Source: the human T2T-CHM13v2.0 reference genome, Homo sapiens. From it: a DNA stretch of 64,000 nucleotides. Where the stretch lies: NCBI RefSeq assembly GCF_009914755.1, contig NC_060932.1. The stretch is one strand, 5' to 3'. A model generated the notes under the pieces. It searched no databases and was not told the DNA's origin. It worked only from the letters and a program-made list of their open reading frames with translations. The translations under genes and the position numbers were made by a program. Shown here piece after piece: positions 1 through 17,059 of this stretch; position 1 is the first letter of the stretch, and every line of letters starts with the position of its first letter.

Positions 1-257
<257 letters not shown>

Positions 258-419
258 TGAATTTTTTTTTAATTCCTGGGAGTTTCAAAAATTTTATTTT
301 CTTGCTCTCTTTTAGTCACTTTTCATTTTACCAAATCCATATCTCAAATCTAATCTAATTCTGTCTACTGTCTATAACAGATATGTTATTTTAAATTTTT
401 ACCTAGTAATACTTGAGGC

Positions 420-527
420 TGAACTGTAAAATCTCTAAGGACAGAGGCATGTCTATCTTTTCTACCCTTATATTCTTGGCACAATACCTGACTCTCAATA
501 AGTATGTTTTAACAAATAAATTAATGA
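420..527 (+). mobile_element. L2 3'-end fragment
   Basis: ctgtaaaatctctaaggacagaggc...ggcacaatacctga...ctcaataagtatgtt resembles the L2 3' tail. Confidence 0.55.
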
Positions 528-619
528 GACAGAAAACATTTTCTAGAGCTCTCTGTGTACAGTGATTATATAGTGAATGAAAAATATCCTAAATCAGTCC
601 ATTTTTAAAAATCTATTTT

Positions 620-776
620 GTGTGTGTGATATTGTCTCACTTTGTCACCCAGGCTAGACAGAGTGCAATGATATGATCATAGCTCACTGCAACCTTGAAC
701 TCCTGGACTCAATCAATCCTCTGGTCTCAGCCTCCCGAGTAATTGGAACTACAGGCATGGGCCACCATGCCTGGCT
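620..776 (-). mobile_element. Alu monomer (FRAM / AluJ right arm)
   Basis: gatcatagctcactgcaaccttgaactcctggactcaa is AluJ-type; only one arm is present. Confidence 0.85.
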
Positions 777-2044
777 CCATTTAAAGATTATCCCTCAATA
801 TAAAGAAAAAATGTACATAATTCTTGTTTTGTTTTTCTTTTTAATGAAAAAAGAGAACAAAAGAAACAGCTACATTGGCAAGTCTGTTAGATTTGGACCA
901 CTTTGGCCATGTAAAATCTCAAATAGCAAAACTAAAAGTGATAAAGTGCACTAGCTCAAATCCAGTACTCTCAGCTTGGCATTAAAATCTGTAAAGCATA
1001 ATCCAGCTTTTTCATCCTGCTAGTTCCCTCATTAAAGAGTTAAATAAATGTTAATGCATGTTCTTTCCATATTTGTATAAGAATCATATTTTTAACTTTT
1101 CAAAAATTATGCCTTGTAAGTACCAAGATGCCTGAGAAGTCAATTAAACTGCATTGCCTGAAAATATACCTCCTAGGCTCCTCTTCTCAGTCCATCTTTT
1201 CTTGGATCCTGGAATGAAAGGATTCCAAGAGGCAACAGAATTTCAGGTTTGCTGACTAAATTTTTCTATTTTTTTTCTTCTGACTTGTGTTTTTGTTTGT
1301 TTGGTTTTTGTTCTTGGCCAATGTTGTTCTTATTCTTGCTTGTGCATAGCCAACAGGTTATTCCCGATTGGTGGCAGCAGTAACTGGGAATTTGGTTTTA
1401 TGTTCTACTTATTTGGTGATCTCTTTTGTGTAGAGACAGGAATTACCCTTTTTCAGATGAGAGACAACAGAGATACTGGTTTGTTAGTCTTTTTGCTTTC
1501 CTGTCTGTCTGTGCAAATGTATGTCTTACCTTCCATTGAAAAGGAGACTCTCTTTCAGATATGAATTTTTATATTCTAGGTTTATTCTGACCTAGAGCTG
1601 AATATGTAAAAGTAAAGCTGTAAGTTCTCTGAGTATCTGCATACCTCTACTGAGAAAAGAATTTACTTCTCATGTGTAATTGTAAAAATACTTTTCTAAC
1701 TCTGGAGTAATTAAAAATTTATATTGTGAAGTCTCTAGAAATAAAAAAGATTGTGATTGGTTTATAGATACCAATAAGCACTCCATATATTTAGCATTCT
1801 TAAAAATCCCAGAAAAGTTTTTTCAAAAACTGAATTTCTAACACTTTAAATGTGCTACTCTATTAAGAAAGAAAAAAAAATCTTCTCAAAGAAACTACTA
1901 GCTCAGCAGCATTTTCCTATAAGAAGCTATGTTCACAGAATCGTTGGCAAATCAGATCATTGTTCTCTTTTCAGTGTTTGATCACTGATTTAAAAGAAAC
2001 TGTTTTCTCCCTAATTTTATCAGGATAGAATATAATACAAGAAA

Positions 2045-2076
2045 ACACACACACACGCACACACACACACACACGC
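2045..2076. repeat. (CA)n microsatellite, interrupted
   Basis: cacacacacacgcacacacacacacacacgc. Confidence 0.9.
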
Positions 2077-2122
2077 ATATAAAACATAATTTGGGTTCCT
2101 TTTCTAATCAAGATACTAACTA

Positions 2123-5500
<3,378 letters not shown>

Positions 5501-6022
5501 GAGGCTAGTTAGTATAAACTTCCTTAACTTCTTATACTGATTTACTGATCAGATAGATTAACACTGTTCTCATATAAAATCTATGATTATGAAAAATAGA
5601 AAATTATGTATCTGTTCAAACAAATGGAATTATAATTCTGACAAATATTTCATAACCACAGAAATTATGATCTGTACTGTCAATTTAAATATAATTTTTA
5701 AGATCTTTAGTTAATGTAAATACTGAAAAAATATTACACTGAGTTGATCAATAGATAATCTTTGAATATTTGTATATTTCCAAGTGTAATAGAATTTTAA
5801 GCCATTAGTCCCAAACATCGTTTTAATGTATGCATTTTGGCCTCCTATTTTTATATTTGCGGAGTAGTTTTAAGAGAGTAGAAACAGTAGTGGTAGAGAA
5901 ATGTGTTAAAATTTTGCAAAACTTTCTGTTTTGATGGATTTATTAATAAGAAAAAAAAGACCATGAATGCTTTACTGTAAAATGTTATATTAGAATTTTA
6001 TATTCTCTGTTAAAATATAATT

Positions 6023-6295
6023 TTAATTTGTTAGGGCTGCCATAACAAAACACTACACTCTGGGTGGCTTAAACAAGAAAAATTTATTTTCTCGCAGTTC
6101 TGGAAGCTAAAAGTCCAAGATCAAGGTGTCCACAGGGTTAGTCCAAGATCAAGGTGTCAACAGGGTTGACTTCTTCCAAGACCTGGCTCCTTGGCTTGTC
6201 TTCTCACTGAGTCCTCACCTGACCTTTCCTCCAGAGGCACACATCCCTTGTGCTTCCGTGTGTACCTCCTTTTATTATGACACCAGTCAGATTGG
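6023..6295 (-). mobile_element. MLT1 LTR fragment; local duplicate of 6909-7181
   Basis: 273 nt matching 6909-7181 with 7 mismatches by eye, including a shared 28-bp internal tandem duplication. Confidence 0.9.
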
Positions 6296-6905
6296 TCTTG
6301 GAGAATTTAGTCTATTCTTTATCAGAGGTAGCAAAAAGTTTTTTCCTTTGTAACCCTCCATATGTCATCAGAATAATTTCCTACTCTTTGCATACTTTAT
6401 CATGTATTTGATTGTTATAAAAAGTTTTTCATTTCTAAATGCTAGGGTTCATTATAATTTCATTTCCTTCTTCTATGTTTATTTACAAATTTTGTATTGC
6501 TACTTTGACTAACAGGCAGCCAAGCCAACGCCAATCTTTCTTCCAAGGTACCTATGATACCCTCTTAATGAAATAATCGAATTTTCACCGACAACTCTAG
6601 ATTTTGCCTTCCTAAGATCAGAAGTCAGATTAGCCAAAAAACAAATAAACAAAAAAACAAACAAAACATTTTCCATTTTTTTAATATTTAAACTATCTCT
6701 GGGGTTTCCCAGAGGGCTCCTGGACATTCACAAAGATCTGTTCATTCACCTTATTAAAAGAAAAAAGGGATGCTAGAAATAATTAGGCTTACTTAGTAGG
6801 CTCTATATCTGTTAATTGATTCAACACTAATTAGTTGTGAGCTGCAAGAAAAGAATTACCAAATCAAGAAAAGCAAAGTAAATTACAACATGGCCTTAGC
6901 ATACC

Positions 6906-7323
6906 ATATTAATTTGTTAGGGCTGCCGTAACAAAACACTACACTCTGGGTGGCTTAAACAAGAAAAATTTATTTTCTCGCAGTTCTGGAAGCTAAAAGT
7001 CCAAGATCAAGGTGTCCACAGGGTTAGTCCAAGATCAAGGTGTCAACAGGGTTGACTTCTTCCAAGAACTGGCTCCTTGGCTTGTCTTCTCACTGAGTCT
7101 TCACCTGACCTTTCCTCCACAGGCACGCATCCCTTGTGCTTCTGTGTGTACCTCCTTTTATTATGACACCAGTCTGATTGGATTAGGGCCCATGAGTATG
7201 ACCTCATTTAACTTCAATTACTTCTTTAAAGACCCTATCTCCAAATGCAGTCACATTCTGAGCTACTCATATTTGGGGCTCAATATATTAATTTTGGGGG
7301 GACAAAATACAGCCCCTAATACA
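6906..7323 (-). mobile_element. MLT1 (MLT1B/C-like) solo LTR
   Basis: Both termini recognisable: tattaatttgttagggctgccgtaacaaa ... ttgggggggacaaaatacagccc. Confidence 0.85.
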
Positions 7324-10300
7324 TACTAATATATTTTTAATTTATTTGTTTGGAACAGAATATTGTTTCTTTCCATATAAAGAAATTTAACATCCCCATG
7401 AGCACACAGTAGAATCCAATAATAAATAAAGTGTTATGAGCATTCTTAATTATTCTTTGGTGGCTCACATGTCATTGTGGCACCTCAGGTCATCATTCAA
7501 AATATCACTTACTAAAACTATGGCTATTTCTAAAGATAAGCATGAGAATTTTGGCCAAATGTTTATTCATTCTAGGAAAATAACCCAGAAATTACTTCTT
7601 GAAATAAATCCTTTATATTGGCTTTTTTAGAAATTATGATTGGATTTATTCTCCTAAAAGGAGAGGGAAAATATAGTCAACTGAGTGTTAGAAGAATGAA
7701 ATATTGTCTGTTTATTAATTTTCTGCATAAAATATTTAAGAAGTTTGAAATGATGGAGTTATTTTATAGATATATCATAGCCGTTCCATAAGATATCAAA
7801 TCATCCTCATCTACCAGTTAATTCAAGAAAAAATCAAGAGATTTAATGAAAAAGAATCTCTTTTTTTTTTCCTTTTCTCATTACATAGGCCTGCCAACCT
7901 AGTGATGGACAGAATTTGCCACGGTAGAATGCTCCATCAGCTCAACCCCATTCCACAATCCCAGTAACACCAAGACAATTTAACATATTCAAGTAAAGGA
8001 AGGTAGGCTACTAATTAAAGTGCAGCTCAGAAATAATTATTTAAGCAATGGAAATTGTGGATAACTAAGATAGGATTTTTTTCTTTTATTTTCTTAAGAA
8101 ACACCAAAGTCTTATCCTGGCCCCTTACATTTGACAGTAAAAGTTAACTGGCACATATGATGCTGACCCTTCTTTGAGATGTACTCTGCAAACCCATGAA
8201 TTGTCTTAATTTTGCCCTGTTATAATACTTCTGGTTTTCACTGCAATATAAAGCAAGATTTGATCCACAACCAAATATCTCTATTTGTGGGAATTTTCTT
8301 TGTTCTATACTGGACCTCAGAGGACTTTCAAAAGTCAATAAACTATACATGTATGTATTCCTTAGCAAATAACCCATTTAAACCACATTTTTACTAGGGC
8401 TTTATAGCGTAATGACAGTGAGTTGAGGTATAGTAATACTATGACTAAAACTAAATGTATGCATGTGTTATAACTGGCTGATCATACAAATAATTATTAA
8501 ATATAAACACATATGCTTTTGTAGATTTGTTGGAGAGATTCGTTAATTGCTTAATGAAAGATGTCTTTCAGATACTAATTCCTTCATTTAGTTCAACAGA
8601 TTAAATTTTATATGAGAAGATATTAGCATGCATGCAATGAAGTGGCAAGGACAACCAAAAAGCTTAAATGTTAATGGGTAAGATACAGCATTCCGGTTAT
8701 TTAAAGAATGCAGCAGTATAATGTTCATTTTGTATGCTTCCATTTGCTCTCTGCATAGACGAAAATGTCCTTTTTAATATTTATGCAAATATTGCAATAT
8801 CAAGATTGTTTCTACATATTTCTGAGTTGTAAATAAATTATAAAACTTTAAACAGTGTATGAATAATTCCAGATAAAATATGATTGTGCATTTTCTAATT
8901 GGGAGAGCTAACCAGGACTCAACATTTAAAACCAAAGCTAATGACTTTTTGTGCTATAGTTTTAAGCCATTATCTAATCTTTTGGAGATTCTACATTTAT
9001 AGTGTGCAGAAAGCTTTAATATAAAAATAGCTTTGCCACCAGAGTTAATTTTTTCATGAAGGAAAATTACCACTAATACTAACAGACCTGTGTCTTCATT
9101 CCCCCCAGTCCCCTTAAACTGCAGTTCAATCGGGTATAATCATTTTTCCTCCCCCAGTAGGGTGCAGAGAGCCCTCTAGCTTCCAAGCCTGTTTCCTACT
9201 GAGGTACATATTGGCCAGCATACAGCTGCTCAGAACAACTATTTGCATCTACAATGGGGTCATCCCACCACAATCTTTTCAGATCAATATGATTGGTACA
9301 AACAATAGTTTGATTTTGATTGCTCTATAGTACGCTTGGGTAGAGCCTCTGAATGCAAGTGAATTGCTTAGAAACAATGGGCTGGTTCATCATCTAAAGC
9401 GTCCCTTTGCAAACAGCTGCCTCTGCCATACTCACCCTGACAACGTCCAGAAAAACAGATGGTTTCAGCATTCATGGCCAGTTTAGTGAAAGCCCCTGAG
9501 TCAACCATTCAATGCATGTTTTTTAATCTATTTGATATTAAAGGATAATTTTTTCCACTAAAAATTTTAAATATATTTAAACTCTCTAGCTGGATCTAAG
9601 TTGAATTAAAAAGAAAAAAGTAGGTATTTTCAGAGGTAAGAAAAAAAAAATCCCTTTCTTAAGTCAATATAGCCAGGTCTTTTGTTAAAACTGTATAGAC
9701 TTTCATGTATGGTATGGGTAGTAATTCTGCAATACTAAACAGTAAAAATAATAATATAGCTTAAGTCCCCAAGCATTGATCTCCCAAGCTTCTGTTGTCT
9801 ATTTAAAGGCAAGCCTTAAGGTTACTTTAAAAGGAAAGCATTTTTCTCCTGGTTTTGTTTTACCACAAGAAAAATCAGTCCAGGGAATTGCAATGAGAAT
9901 AACGCAAGAGGCACTGTCATTCCTGCATGCTCTCATCACTCATTTACAGAATATATTAAAATATATTTTGCATTCAGTTAGTTGCAATGACTGTGAAGAC
10001 TCAAGTATTGATCCAAATGCATTTGTATTTTGGTGATTTAAAAGAAGTAGTAACTGTTATATGTGTCTATGATCCCAATACTATTTTGCTTTGCATTTTT
10101 ATAGTAAGCACTGACAGCAAGACAATTGTTACCTGTTAGCCCAGAGAAATATTTTAATTTCAAAAACAAATTATTAGAAACAGGAAAGTAAACGTGTTAT
10201 AATTGTTATAATAGACTTTTTTGTTACTATTATTTACCATTTAAAATTTTGGAAGATAACCAAACCCAATGTTACATATTTTTCTGAATACCCCTCATTT

Positions 10301-10559
10301 ATATCATAACTCTCTAAAGATACAAAGGAGATTAAAAGAACATTTGACATACTCTTATTAGTAACTACCTTCTGTGGAATGTATTTAATCCCAATCTGCA
10401 TTTATAAATCCATAAAATTGTATATACCCTCACTTTATAGAATATTTTATTCCTAAAATCTAAATACAAAGTATGATTATAAAAATAAATTCTATGTTAT
10501 TGACTTTATTGTAAGTTACTATTATGGAGTAATATAAGCTATGTCAATATGAATTTGAA

Positions 10560-10833
10560 TTGATAAATTAACATAAATTATAAATTCATTGTGAATTACA
10601 AATTAATTTTAAATATATTTATTGTTATTTATAGATCTATACTTACATATAAGCATACATAAGTATATATTGTATATTACATAAGCATTATATTTATACA
10701 TACTATATATTTATATATTAAATATAGTATTTATATATAAACATAATAATATAGTATTAAACGTAGTATAAGTCATATAGTATATTTGAATATAATATTA
10801 ATATAATATACTATATTCATAATATATAAAGTG
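10560..10833. repeat. AT-rich low-complexity tract
   Basis: Nearly pure A/T with degenerate TA repeats. Confidence 0.8.
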
Positions 10834-10835
10834 TA

Positions 10836-11185
10836 TAGCTGACCTTTGAACAAGGTAGAGGTTGGGGCACTGACCTCCACCCCTGCACAGTCAGAAATTC
10901 ACATACAACTTTTAACTCCCCAAAAACTTAACTAATAGCATACTGTTGACCAAAAGCCTTACCAATAACATAAAAAGTTAATTAACACACATTTGTATAT
11001 GTGTTATATGCTATATTCCTACAATAAAGTAAGCTAGAGAAAAGCAAATGCTATTGAAAAAACCATAAGGAGGAGGATGAGGAAGAGGAGGGGTTGACCT
11101 TGTTTCAGGAGTGGCAGAAGTAGAAGAAAATCCATGTATAAGTGGAACCGTGCAGTTCAAATCCATGTTGTTCAAGGGCAAACTA
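10836..11185. mobile_element. Tigger2a/MER28-like DNA transposon (TcMar)
   Basis: Degenerate TIRs tagctgacctttgaacaa ... ttgttcaagggcaaacta, flanked by TA; internal Tigger2 sequence. Confidence 0.85.
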
Positions 11186-11234
11186 TATATGTTATTTATA
11201 TATATAAATATAATATTCAACTAACTTTACCGAT

Positions 11235-11345
11235 ACGTAAAATGGGGATAATTTTATGTATTTCATTGGGCTCTTGGCTGGAATAAATTAGATTATCACA
11301 TAAAAGCACTTAACCCAGCACCTGGCTATTCATTATTATTATTAT
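11235..11345 (+). mobile_element. MIR fragment
   Basis: gtaaaatggggataat...aaagcacttaacccagcacctggc. Confidence 0.7.
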
Positions 11346-11799
11346 TATCATCACCATTGTCATATTGTTTCTAGAGAAAGTATAAAGACAACATAGAGCA
11401 GAAGAAAGTATGAAGTCACCCAATGGGTAAGGCTAAAAACTTGCAGGGGAGGAACTAAGGTCATGGCCTAGCCCATGACCCATTGCAGCACCTGGAAGCC
11501 ATACTTCACAACTTCAGGATTTGTTGCTGTCCTTCCCACCCAAACTCCTCTTCTGGGGACAACGAGAAGATTTTTGAGCTTGCCAGCCATGGCCAGTGTT
11601 GAAGCAGTGATGATGTCTGATGAGAGACATCATCAGATTTGTATTCTAGAAAGATCAGTTCATCCACTATTCAGTCATCTTTGCCCAGGACTGAAGCACC
11701 TGCTGAGAAGCTCTGATGTTGGGTGAGCAGCAAAGCAGAAGGTGGAGCTCTTCACCCTTGGGGTGTCTACCATCTTTAAATGCACACAGACAGACACTC

Positions 11800-13090
<1,291 letters not shown>

Positions 13091-14619
13091 TACGTAAGAA
13101 ACTCTGGGAAACGGGATAGGACACATGGGGTCAGTTATGTTCATGTGGCTATATTTCTATGGTCCAAAGAATATCACCTTGTTATAGTTCTTATAATGGC
13201 ACTTTGTAATTCCCTGTATACGAGTTTGTTTCCTGCACCAGAGCAGTGGTTTTCAGTACTTTTCTACCTCCATACTATCCATATATTTAATCAACTTCCA
13301 TTGAACTATTTCTTATTAAAAACAGGGTGGGTGGAAGGGGAAGGAGAAGAGAAAGGAAGCTCAATATCTCTAGGGGAAAATATGATACGGGAGTTGGAAA
13401 TCCTCCACTAACTACATAAAAAGTTTCTTGACAGCAGGTGAGGTATCTTTTTATTGTGTTTACCTGAAACCTAGCACAATGTCTGGCACAAAACCAGGTG
13501 CACACTGTTTCTTGAATGAATAACTAAATGAATAAATGCATGCTAAAATGCTCCTAGACATTTAGCCATACAATCTGTAATGATACTCCAGGAAAAAAGA
13601 ACAAGCTCTCCCCTCTGTCTAACTTTCTATGATTGATTTTCCTTTCAAGGCTTTTTTATTTGCAGGTTAGGGGTGGGTAGATGAGACAGAGGATATGAAC
13701 ATGAAAATAAGAGTAAAGTTTCAGGTCCAGAGTCATGAAGTTTCAGGGATGAAATGATTCTCCACCTTTACCTCACTTTAAAGAGTACGGAAGTGAGGCA
13801 TGGCAACCAACAGGATCTAGATCTACTGACCCAAATCCAGTGGTCTTTTTCTCTCCAAAACCTTACAACCCAAACCTTTCACAGGCTTAAAACATCTAGA
13901 TGTTGCAAAGGATCTCAATTTAAGGGCATGTTTGAAGTCAAAGGAATGAATTTAATCACCTTTGCTTCTTAGGGAAAAATTAAGTTGCAAAGAAGATATT
14001 GGTTCCATCTGTTGGTTTATTTTTCATTTGTCTGTTTCCCAACTTGATCCAAGCACATAAATATCCCTAAGCAACCTTTAAGTACAGTAGATATTGTGCT
14101 TTGAACATCTGCAAACAAGTGATTCTCCAAATCCTTAGTGTGGTAGCAGGAGAGGGAACCAAGCTTTTCTGGAGTGTTATCAAGGGGAAATGTGAAGAGT
14201 CCCTGGGACTGCTGATCAGTAACTTAATACTGAGTTGAACTTGCTTCTCCCTCTACCCTGGGTTTAAACCACTTCCCAGCACCAATCTTAATTCTTGTGT
14301 TTTGTTCTCTTTAGGTTCTCCCAATTTCTCCAGAACAAAGGTGATTCCTATACTAAGACTACTTTCCAGGCACCACGGCTTGGTACCCTGCCCTCTAGGC
14401 ATCACTGATGCTACCTGTCCCGCTGTACGCTTCTTGACCTTCCCTTTACATCATGCCAGGACACCATCCTCACGCCAACTGCTGGATCTTCTTGCTGTTT
14501 AACATCAACTTCCCATGAATTTCCTGCTGCAGGGATAGTTCCCTGTCCAGTTCCATTTTCAGTAGATGTGCCTTTATACTGGGTCCCTGGTTGCTTCCTG
14601 TGACAATATTCTAAATTAT

Positions 14620-15240
14620 TTTCTTAAAATGTAAACTGTTTTAAATTTTAAAAGTAATGTGCTTTCATTGGAGACAATTTTTAAAAGAGAGATGAGGAAA
14701 AGAAGAAAATAAATGTGACCTGTCATCATATCTCTCAAAGATAACCACTGCTAGTATTTAGGTATATGTCCCTTATAAACCCACACAATTCGCATACAGA
14801 CATACAGAGTCTTATCCACAAAATGACATCACATGGAATTGTAAACCTGTTTTTCTCTTTATCTCATAATATGGTATAAACATTTTCATGCCATTAAGTA
14901 CTCCTATACGATGTATTTTTAATATATGAATATAATTCCATTTTAGGGATATAACATAATCTATATTAACCACCCTTTGTTATTGGTTGCTATTTAATTT
15001 ATTTTTACTACTATAATAAATGCTATAATATATAGCATTCATATAAGGATGCAATAAGTACATATATTAATCATCTTCAAGCACCTCTATGATTATTTCC
15101 CAGGGACAAATTACTAGAATTACAATTGCTTAGTCAAACGGCATGCATGCATTTCAGCCTTTTGATGCATATGGGAAAATTGTCTTTCAGAAAAACTGAA
15201 GCAATATACTATGCAACTGACAGTATATGGGAGTGCTTAC
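14620..15240 (-). mobile_element. Old L1ME-type fragments
   Basis: gattatttcccagggacaaattactagaattacaattgct...tttgatgcatat is typical of antisense old L1. Confidence 0.6.
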
Positions 15241-15881
15241 CCTTGTCTGAATAGCCTTTTCTTTTCTGCCTCAAAAACTAGGACATCTTAACTATTTACC
15301 CAGGATCATAAGATCAGATTTTGCTTTGAATACTGCCTTCAACAGACCGTAAACCTGGGCATGGTTCCTAACCTCTCTGACCTTTTAATCTCTCTAATAG
15401 CATGTGAAAGAACATAGCACCACATAGGCACCCAATAATTCACAATAAAAGTTTATTTTTTTTCCTTTCTTATGTCATACACCAGCCAACATGTAAATTA
15501 TCATTGCCACTCAATTTTGTTATTTATATTCTTATGAATATGTTTGTTCTAGAAAAGCAACACCATGATCCACTTTCCAGGGATGTACTGTGATGAAATG
15601 CCAGGCCACCTATAGAATTAGAAAGCAATATCACTCATTGCCAGCAGATGCCACTACCTGATCCATGATGTATGTACTCCAGAAAAAAAAAAAAAATCTT
15701 AACAGTACTGTATAAGGTTCCAGGTGCTGTAAGCAAGTCAGTGATCTAGCTAGATCATGAGTGATACACACCTGAAATTATGTAAAAAACTATATAAAGA
15801 AGTTTACTTACAAACAGGTCTACATATTTTGGAATATATTTTCATAATGAAATGTCTTGTCCAACTTTCTGTTAAATAAAT

Positions 15882-15899
15882 TGTGTGTGTGTATGTGCA

Positions 15900-15930
<31 letters not shown>
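15882..15930. repeat. (TG)n microsatellite
   Basis: tgtgtgtgtgtatgtgcatgtgcg(tg)n. Confidence 0.92.
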
Positions 15931-17059
15931 ATAAATCAAGTTAAACTCCAAAGTTCCTCTGAGAGGTTTATATTAATTATGAGCTGCTCTCCGATGTATC
16001 TCTGCCACCCACGGAGTTCTAATGACTTTAAAATATGCTAGTAATGAGGAAAGACATATGGGATATTATGTAGAGCTGAGGTAGGTGGTAAGAGATACAG
16101 AATGGGACTCAAGGAGAGAATATATTTTTCTAATGTTCTCTGTGTGAAATTACACACTACAGTATTTGAAGAGAAACTGCAAAATCTTATGTCCTTTTCT
16201 ACATATGTAAGTCTATACATGTATGCCTGAAACCTTGATCCTATGTACAAATATAGGGTCAAATTTTATATATATGAAATGTTTATTATAATTTCTCTTG
16301 CAATTCATAAAGAAAGTGCAATCTGAGAAACTTCTGCACTTTAATGGCAGCCATCAATGTCTTGTCTCTGAATACCCTGGCTTAGGTTTTCCACTTAGAG
16401 ATGATGAAAGCTTTGGTAATTTACTATTCATATACTACTTCTGCTACATATTAAAGAGATCAGAAGAAAGTTGAGAGAACACACAGATAGCATACACACA
16501 CACACACAATTAACAATCTGAAAAAGTTTAAAGAGTGTGCAAAAATTAAAGGTCAAATATGAAGATTTTCCTGTGTTTGAAATGTTATTTTCCACTGAAG
16601 ATTTAAAGAGAAGACTTTTATTTATAAAGTACAAGAATACAATGGTTCTCTCTAAATGGTTAACACTCTTTTAAAAATAAACAATAGACTTATATTTGGA
16701 AAGACTGAAAAGAATTCCTCATTAAAAATATTAATAGCATTTTTTTCAAAGCCAAAAACAAATGCCAAATACCTACTATCTGGGTTTGTTCTTGATTTCC
16801 AATTTATTGATAGCATCTAAAATGTCTGTCTTCTTTGTTGAGATCTGAAGCTTTATGTTAACATTTAGCATCACATCAGCTCTCCTTGCTTTGCAATCCA
16901 ACTTGGTTTCTTCTATATACTAAGCAAGTATATGTAGACGTTCTTCGAAGTCCAAGCATGTAACCTTGTCACACCAAGGACTAATGTCCAGTTTGAGGAA
17001 AAGCAAACCACTCTGCAGAGAATGAGTCAGACCACTGGGATTGAGGTATGCCCATTCAC

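Noticed and set aside
15641-15654. CTCF-like CCAGCAGATGCCAC
   Set aside because: Mismatch at a highly constrained G in the core, with no supporting context.
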